A stretch of 64,000 nucleotides of DNA from Paramecium tetraurelia. Taxonomy: Eukaryota. The notes beneath the pieces are model-generated. The model was not told the DNA's origin, ran no database searches, and was given only the letters and a program-made list of their open reading frames with translations. Shown here one piece after another: positions 56,002 to 64,000 of the stretch. Made by a program: the position numbers and the translations under genes. How positions within the stretch are numbered: position 1 is the stretch's first letter; every line of letters begins with the position of its first letter. Location of the stretch: NCBI GenBank assembly GCA_000165425.1, contig CT868097.1, positions 130,867 through 194,866 on the forward strand, written 5' to 3'.

Positions 56002-56595
56002 TCAATTACTTTAAGATTTTTCTTTTATTTACAAGAATAAAAGAACTTGTATTGAAATAGAAAATCTAAGTTATTCAAATTGAGGCTCTTCTCTTAAGAT
56101 TTCAAAGTCCATTGATTTTTTGCAAAGCAAAATTTATGATAATTTGTTAATAACTTTGCTGACATAATCAAATTTTATTTTTATTCACATATAGGTATCA
56201 CTAAATTCCTAAGAAACCCTTTGCCACTACGTTTATTAGCTTTTTTCTCTTCCTTTGAATGAGGTCAATTGCTTCCGATATGATGTTACAGCCTTTCGCT
56301 TTCCTTTCTCATTGTTGGGAATTATTCTCACATTTATCATCTAGTAATTCTTAATCTTAAATTCAAATGGATTATAAAACTTGGATTCCAAGGTTTAAAT
56401 ATTTTTATTTTTTGGGGTTCTCTTTTTTAACATAAAATCTAATTGCTGAATCAATGGATCAAACCTAATTTATCTGGAGATTTCATCTTCACTCGTATAT
56501 TGTGATAAGGAAAACGACTTAAAATTTTACCTTCGGGTAGTCAAAGAACTGCTTCTGATTTAAGATTGAATTTATGATCGACAAAAAGTTTACAT
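56002..56595 (-). pseudogene. hypothetical gene with an internal in-frame TGA (short gene 56185-56595, or pseudogene)
   Basis: MQTFCRSQIQSQIRSSSLTTRR... reaches TGA 56185-56187; the same frame continues for 60 coding-like codons to TGA 56002-56004. Confidence 0.4.
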
Positions 56596-57828
56596 TAACT
56601 TAAATTATAAAATTTATTAGAATTATTTGTTACTAAATTGTCAATGCTAACTTAATGATCTTCATTTAAATTTAAATTAAGCATAACTTACATAATTTTA
56701 ACATAACATAATATGACAAAGTAAAATTAAATTTTTTAAATTATGCAAAAACCAAAAAATCCCTTAACAAATTATTATATAAAGATAGAATTTTTATTTA
56801 TTTAATGTTTTTTGATACTAACTAATTATTTCTAAAAGAGGGAATCTTGTAAATGCTAGTTCAACTATAAAAATGTTATAAATTTTAGATCAATGACTAT
56901 CCAAGTTATTGTTTCTTAATTTTTATGTATAAAGAATATAAATTAAATATTAGATAATTTTTATATTAATATTATAATAAAATGCTTCAAAAAATCTTGA
57001 AAGTTTGCTTATATTTAGAATGCTGAGCTTATCATATTTCTAATAAAGGAACTTAAATCTCCAAAAAAAAGATATATAAAAGCTAAGAATTTAATTTAGA
57101 ATCTTTTCATATTCTTATATTTATCTACTGTCTTTGTTATATTTCTTTCTTGCTTTTAATTTCAGCATGAGGAAAAAAATTAAATCCTTTTTATTTTTTC
57201 CTTTTATCCTCTTTAATATAAGAAATTTCAATTTCCTCTCGACTGATAGAATTAAATCAATTGCATCCTATATAGTAGGATACCAAATAATATTTATCCT
57301 GATAAATCATTCAATAAAGCTTAAAGCTATGATGATAATAATAAATACAATAGATATAAAGATTTAAATGTTTTAAAGAGGAAGAAAAACTTATAAAAAC
57401 GCAATGCTTGTTGTTAATAGACAAAATTAGAGAAGCTAATCAAATATTTGATTTAAATGATAGAAATTTATTAGTAAATAAAAACTACTATATGAATTAC
57501 TTCAGAAGGGTAGTCAAATAATGTAGTAATCATGTATAAAATCCAGGTCAAATAACTTTTTATTAATTGTAAAAATCAATTATATAATATTCAATTATTA
57601 TTAAATATGATCACACTAACATGAATAATTTTGTTTTTTAGATACTATCTAATTCTTAAATGCTATAATATAATAACTACATAGAAATTCTTTTATGATT
57701 TTATATGATAATTTTTATTGAATAATTTTTGAAATATAATTAAATATATATCAAAAATAAATCCATTTATTTTTAATTGCAATTAAGAATTAATTTCATA
57801 AATAAAAATTAATAATAACTATCTGTTA

Positions 57829-58998
57829 ATGAACATAAACTATTGCAGTCCTAATTTCTAATTTGAGAATCGAACTCCTCTTAAAGATTACACTTCTAAT
57901 GTTGACAATATTAAATAAGCCAAAAATAGGATAGCTGAACTACAACATATTATTCATGAGTTAAACAAATCTAATGGAAAAAAGTCTGTTTCTCCCTTAG
58001 CAAAAAGTCCTGTTAAGGTTAATGTACCCATCGAGTACCATGGTACTTCCAAAAAGTAAAGTCCAAGATTTTAAACTCCAGAAACAAAATAAAGAGAAAT
58101 GAGAATTGTAAGTGAAAATGTCAAAATGCAAACTGAAAATATTCTTGAACAAGGAATCTTGCAAGGAGTGCTACCTGACAATTTACTTGAAAAATCAATT
58201 GAAAATTACACTCTATCAAAAGTACTTGGATTAGGTTCATATGCTATTGTAAGATTAGCATAAAAAGGATCATTATTTTGTGCTATTAAAACTTATGAGA
58301 AGGCTAAAATTAATGATTAGCAAAAACGTAAAAATGTGTGTAGAGAAGTGAAGATTTTATCTAAATTAAGACATCCCAATATTATTAAATTGGTCGGAGC
58401 TTGTGAAACCTAAGTATAATTACATGTCATTATGGAATATTACAGTGCAACTTCATTAAATTCCTTCATCAAATAACAACCGCAGAAGATGCTTGATGAA
58501 AATGAGGCTAAATACATTTTCATTTAAATTGTAGATGCCTTAAGATACTGTCATCACAAGAGTGTTGTTCATAGAGATCTAAAATTAGAGAATATTCTTA
58601 TTGATCCATTGAATAACCAAATTAAAATTATTGATTTTGGGTAAAATAATACTTATTCTTCCAATAGATTTTCAATAGCTATTGATCCTTAGAGTAGACT
58701 TAACATATTTTGTGGGACTCCATCATATATGGCACCAGAAATAGTTAATAAGTAAACCTATAGTTTTCCTGCTGATGTTTGGGCTTTGGGCATATTACTT
58801 TTCAAAATGACAACAGGACAGTTTCCATTTAAAGGTAATGATGATAAGGATTTATATAAATCTATCAATAGCGGAAAGATAGAATATCCTTAAACTATGT
58901 CATTCCAATTAAAAAATTTAATCAAGAAAATCTTGAATACTAGCTAAAATGAACGACCCTCACTCAAAGAGGTAGCTTTAGATGAATGGCTTTAATGA
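57829..58998 (+). CDS. Ser/Thr protein kinase, CAMK group (AMPK/MARK-like)
   Basis: [29 protein letters not shown] (intron at ~58641-58667), [17 protein letters not shown]. Confidence 0.93.
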
Positions 58999-59089
58999 TT
59001 TAATATTACTTATTATTATTTAATATATTATATTTCATTTTCATCAAAAATTAGAATTTATATAAATTGAAAAAACACTTATTTTCAAT

Positions 59090-59995
59090 ATTTATGCTAG
59101 AATGCAATATAAATTAAAATTAAAATAGATACATCTACTCAAGTCAACGTAAATATTGAAGTTCTTCTGAATAACAAAGATATAATTTAATATTAGTTTC
59201 TATAAATTCAAAAATAATTCTATTTTCGTTTCTTACCACAAAAATCAATTGCTTTATAAGGAAGTTGATATAAGATCGGGTGAATTCGAGCACAAATTTT
59301 GTAATAGGTTCATTCTAACACGAATGCATCGATTTTATATTAATATTCTAGGTAATTTCTAGATTAAATTGAATTATAGTATCATGATATTTTTTGAGGA
59401 ACTACAATGATTCTGTTTTCATAAGAAGGCTAAAATAGTTTTCCCATTTTTTATTTATCATTTTTATTCAACATTATGTTAAGAACCTATTTGTTCTACG
59501 GTTTTTTGGCGTCTATAAAAATAAAATACATTAGTTAAATTAACAATATTTTTAATTACATCAAATATTATTTTATGGGAAAGGTTCACAAACAAAAAGG
59601 ATATAGATTGGAAAATGGAATTTCCAAAAAAGGGTTTGTTGAATTCAGAAAAATGCTTGGAATGCCATAATTTGAAATGGCGCATGAAAATAATAATCTA
59701 ATGAAAATCTAAACATTACAGATAAATATTGAGAATGATGATAAGTGGATTAATACATATGTAATTTTATTAACTTATTTAATTAGAAACCAACACCTGA
59801 AGTTAAATTGTAAAAATATCTCTTACATTGTAAGAACAGTGATCAATCGATTATTTCTTCTTTAAATAAGGTTGATCGCTTTCTTAATCAATAAGGAAGA
59901 CATAAAACTATTGGATAAGGCAAAGATGAGGAGATACAAAAAAAATAAAATAGTTTAAGTACTGAAGTTTAGTATTCTAATAAAATTGCTTGAAT
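59090..59995 (+). pseudogene. probable degenerate gene or unresolved hypothetical gene
   Basis: Intron-like 59352-59379 and 59761-59786 with coding-like stretches, but no stop-free path from the 5' part could be built. Confidence 0.35.
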
Positions 59996-60702
59996 TGATT
60001 ATTAGTAATATTTATAATTATATCTATACAATACTTAAACCTTATTATTATAAGTTTATCATTTTGCCTTCATATTTTCTTTCAGTTTAAAAATTGGTAA
60101 TCTCTAGTAAAATATAACATTCTACTATTTTTTGAGGGGAATTCAAATGATTCTAATCTAAGAATTCATACTCCAAACCAAAAATTAATTTATATCATTA
60201 CCCAACCTAAAGTTTGATTTATTGATATACAAAAAAAAAAATAGATATTTAATAGAAAAAGATTGGCTTTAATACTTTTAGAATTTGAAGGAAAAATAGT
60301 GTTCACTATTTTATAAATTAGAGTAAGTCTATTATTATAACATGATTGTTTTGTGTAAATATTTTATTTGAATAAAAAATCTTAAGAATTTAATTAAAAT
60401 ATTAGTACATTATTTTCTTAAAATTCGAATCATTTTATCAATATCAAGCGAGAGAATACAAAGAAGACAGATATTTATTGTTTAGGGCTGATTGATCGAA
60501 AATTTGAATTCTGATTTAATGATGAGAGCTGCATTGATCAAATTACTCATTAATTGTATACTTTTCTATTATATTAGATTTCTTACTTTATTATAATTAT
60601 TTCTAATTTTTTATATCTTTAATGTAAGATTCTTAATCTCATTTTAAAGGTTTAGCATATAATAATTTCTTTAAATAGAAAAATTTATAAAAATTTAATA
60701 AA

Positions 60703-62152
60703 ATGAAACAATTAATGCTTAACATGGTGAAAACCTACAAGCAAATGAACAAACCAGATGATAAACAAAATATTAAAAAATATGGGAGCATCTAATATCC
60801 AGAATGCTCCTTAGGAGGAAATCATAGTGGAGAAATATTGAGTTTAATTTGTTTAGAGAAAGAGTGTTAATAAAACCAAATATTATGTTGTTGCATATGT
60901 TAAGAAGAATTTCATAAGGGACATTAACTGAAACCACTAAAGTTACTGTTATGCGAATATGATTAAAAACAAAGGTAATGCAATTTCAAAATATTTAGAG
61001 AATTTCAAAGTGTAACTTTAAAATAAAGTGAAAAAGATCTTCTAGTAAAAAAGATTAATGAATAAGAAATTATATCTTTAGAATAAACTCGAGACCTCTA
61101 ATAGTAAATTGTTTAAAAATTGAATAAAATTTAGGATCATTAAAAATAATTTTTTGAAAATTTGCGAAAATTGGTAAAATTAAGAGAAATAGACAATGGA
61201 AATACATGTAAATAAACATAATGATATTTTAAAGCTTTGGTAATTGAAAATATACTCAATAACTAAGAAAATAGTTAATTATTCGGAAAATTTGTAAAAG
61301 AGCTATTAGATGCGTTGATAATTTAAGAATTACCTGATTAAGATCTAGGTTATGAGGAATTAAATAAAGCATTTGATTTTCACATTAAAGATTAAAGTGA
61401 TTGTATAAGACAACTGGAGAAACAAATATTCATCGGAGTTCAATAATAGATAGAATTTCTGATGTAGAAGACATCAAAATCTGTAGTCTAATAATCCTAT
61501 CAATTTTAATTCTTGCCCAACAATAAACACCATTAGGTAGATATAGTTGAGCCTAAAATTGTAAAAGGTAATTTATATTGATCAATATCCTCAGCAAGCT
61601 AATCTACTCATGGATACAAATTTGCAGTTATGAATCCAAGTTTGGATAAAAACAAGGTTACAGTTTTTGGATTCAAATTGAATGTATAAATGCCATAAAT
61701 ATTAGAATGTTCATTCAAGTAATTGGTTAGCTGTTGGTGCTTGTCATTTATCTGTAGTATAGAGTAAGCAATTTGGATTTGCATTTTAATCTCTTGGACA
61801 TGGTGGATATTTGGTGTCATCAAATGGGGGTGCTTGGTCAAGTACAACTGCAAATCAAAATAACGTTGTTAAGTGTTTCAAGTTTGCTAAAGGTGATGTG
61901 ATAGTCTGCACTTATGACCCTAAGAATGAAACTTTGACTTTTAAAAAATAGAAAGTAACTCATTTATTTACTTAGACAAAAACAATATTCAAATTGGATG
62001 TGCCAAAATCTGATAATGATCTACACCCTTGTGTTCTATTTTATTATGCCTTAGATGAAGTTGAATTTATGTCATCGGATGCAATAAATAAATTGAATCC
62101 ATCTGATGCAATAAATATATTGAATCCATCTGATACAATAAATGGATTATGA
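60703..62152 (+). CDS. B-box-like Zn finger + coiled coil + SPRY/B30.2-like domain protein
   Basis: CSLGGNH..ICLEKEC..CCCICQEEFHKGH; Q/E-rich coil; VGVCHL..GHGGYLVSSNG..GDVIVCTYDP..DLHPCVLF; tiny introns. Confidence 0.85.
62072..62152 (+). repeat. three 27-bp tandem repeats encoding the C-terminal tail (SSDAINKLN/PSDAINILN/PSDTINGL-stop)
   Basis: tcatcggatgcaataaataaattgaat / ccatctgatgcaataaatatattgaat / ccatctgatacaataaatggattatga. Confidence 0.9.
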
Positions 62153-62187
62153 GTATTGTTTAGATTTTATTATTTATATTTAAAATT

Positions 62188-62552
62188 ATGGATAATCTTT
62201 ACGCAGAAGAAATAAGATAGCGATATCATTCTTCCATGACTTACTAAGAATACTTGGACACTTATGATAAAGCTCCACCTAAACCTTAAATTAGGTATTC
62301 TGCTGATTAATTAATATTTTAAGACCCAAAGAAACTCCTTAATTACTCGAACCATTAATCTTAGAAGGACACAGAGGCCCTAAAATATAATAATAAAAAT
62401 TGACTGTCTATTCTCCTGACGATGTCATTTTTGAAGAATCAGAAACGGATGAGAAACCTAAGGTGCTCACTCATGTTTCATGTTAGAGAGCATTAAAAGA
62501 ACATGTATATAAATAATAATCTTAAGAATATTAGAATTAGAAGTTAGAGTGA
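62188..62552 (+). CDS. small hypothetical protein
   Basis: MDNLYAEEIRQRYHSSMTYQEYLDTYDKAPPKP.., one 29-nt intron, TGA 62550-62552. Confidence 0.75.
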
Positions 62553-63031
62553 GAATTTAGGATTTTCAGTATTTCGATTTTTGCAATAAAAGAAAAGTAA
62601 ATTCCCATGATTCATGAATCTTATACATTGATCTCTTTCAACACTTCTCTAAAATTGATTGCCTACTAACAAAATTATTATAAAGAACTCTCAATGATTT
62701 ATTACTTTAGAATTCCTGATCTTTTAGAGATTCTTTGGAGTATATAAATAAATCAGAATAAGAACAAAATGATTCTCCTCTAAACATCTTATATTCACCT
62801 TCCAATTTAAACGTTAATATATACATTCATAAATTTTACAATAAATCCATTCCATGTTTTCTTAAATAGAATTATCATATCGAAGTTAAAAGTATCAAGA
62901 GACACTGTTAATTTTATTTTGATATTTAAAATTAAAATTGACAATATTATCTAAAATTTTAATAACATATTTTATATTTAAATTTTAAATAGAGATTCTT
63001 TTATTGTTATTTAAAATCAACTCAATCTCCT

Positions 63032-64000
63032 TCATTTTCTGAGTCTTCTCCTAAGACTCCTATCAAGTTCTGACTTAACTTTCTTTAATTAATGATTCTA
63101 AGGAATGAAAGAATTAACTCTTGCAAGCTTTTTCTCTTTTTCTTTTTCATTCTTCTCCAATTTCTAATTTATCAATTCATTATTATTGATTAATTAAACC
63201 ATAATGTTTATAAATGTTATAGTTAAACCACTGCATGAATAAAATATTTTGCTGATTTTTTTATTTAATCCAAACAATTTTAATCTTCTCAACAACATTA
63301 CAATTCTAAGTGATGTTACTATAAAATTAAGCTGTTTAATTCTTCTTTTCTACCTACTATTAATTAAACTGTTAGCACATTATACTGCGATTGTATCTTC
63401 AAAAATCAATTTATCTGGTATCTCCTTTATCTCATTGACTAATTCCATTTCCTTATCATAAATGATCTTATAATCAAAGAATGATTTTAGTAATTTTAAC
63501 AGTGCCTTTGCTAGTGAAAAAGAGTCTTTATACCCTTTTATGGTTGATTTTGCTTTCAAAGATACGATTTCACTATTTAGATAACGACATTTCTTACTTC
63601 AGAACACCAATATTAATACCCCAAATGATGTGATCCATTATATAATAGAAGAAATTGCATATATGCATAATGGAGGCGGTGATTTTATAGTACTTTGGTT
63701 TATTTTTAGAATGAATGTTGCTTAAGCATCTGATTGAATCAAAAAACTTTAGAAATTTAAATATCTTTCTTCCGTTTTTCATTGACTCTCGAATACGAGA
63801 AGCTATTTTTTAGAAAACATATCAGATGATGCTGCTTGAATTTCAGGAATATTCGAAAATTTAATACAAGCTTCGTATAAATCTGCTAAATACTAAATCA
63901 AACAACAAATCTTATCTCTCCCTTTTGTAGTTTGCATAAATAAGGAAACTATTGAAACCTTATCTAATTAGTTATAAGATCACTACTTTTCTTGCAACAT
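63032..64000 (-). CDS. PEX11: peroxisomal biogenesis factor 11 family protein (5' end outside window; apparent frame break at ~63803-63811)
   Basis: FMQTTKGRDKICCLIQY and SMKNGRKIFKFLK motifs, FFYYIMDHIIW, C-terminal hydrophobic helix; tiny introns near 63572-63596 and 63964-63986. Confidence 0.8.

Overview
This window is AT-rich eukaryotic DNA. It reads as a ciliate macronuclear chromosome, almost certainly Paramecium. Long reading frames open only under the ciliate nuclear code (TAA/TAG = Gln, TGA = sole stop), introns are tiny (22-29 nt, GT..AG) and genes are densely packed. The supplied standard-code ORF track therefore shows only fragments or antisense shadows, so I re-translated by hand with code 6. 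About 24 protein-coding genes are present: a Cabin1/Hir3-like TPR protein, a P4-ATPase-like/guanylyl cyclase fusion, a ~2800-aa Cys-rich surface membrane protein, a CDPK, a PNUTS-like PP1 regulator, an aquaporin, a CLK/LAMMER-type kinase, a PX sorting nexin, an SMPD4-like protein, a signal-anchored TTL-family ATP-grasp enzyme, an IQ/ankyrin protein, a plant/bacterial-type glutaminyl cyclase, a Zn-finger/WD40 protein, a CAMK-group kinase, a B-box/coiled-coil/SPRY protein, PEX11 and several hypotheticals. There are also probable pseudogene remnants. I saw no rRNA, tRNA, CRISPR array, transposon or telomeric array. The most notable observations are the apparently luminal TTL-like ligase, two intron-less frame breaks that both contain AAA-TAR, and divergent PNUTS, Cabin1 and SMPD4 homologue candidates. 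Family calls come from remembered motifs, not database searches, and long genes were spot-checked rather than translated end to end.
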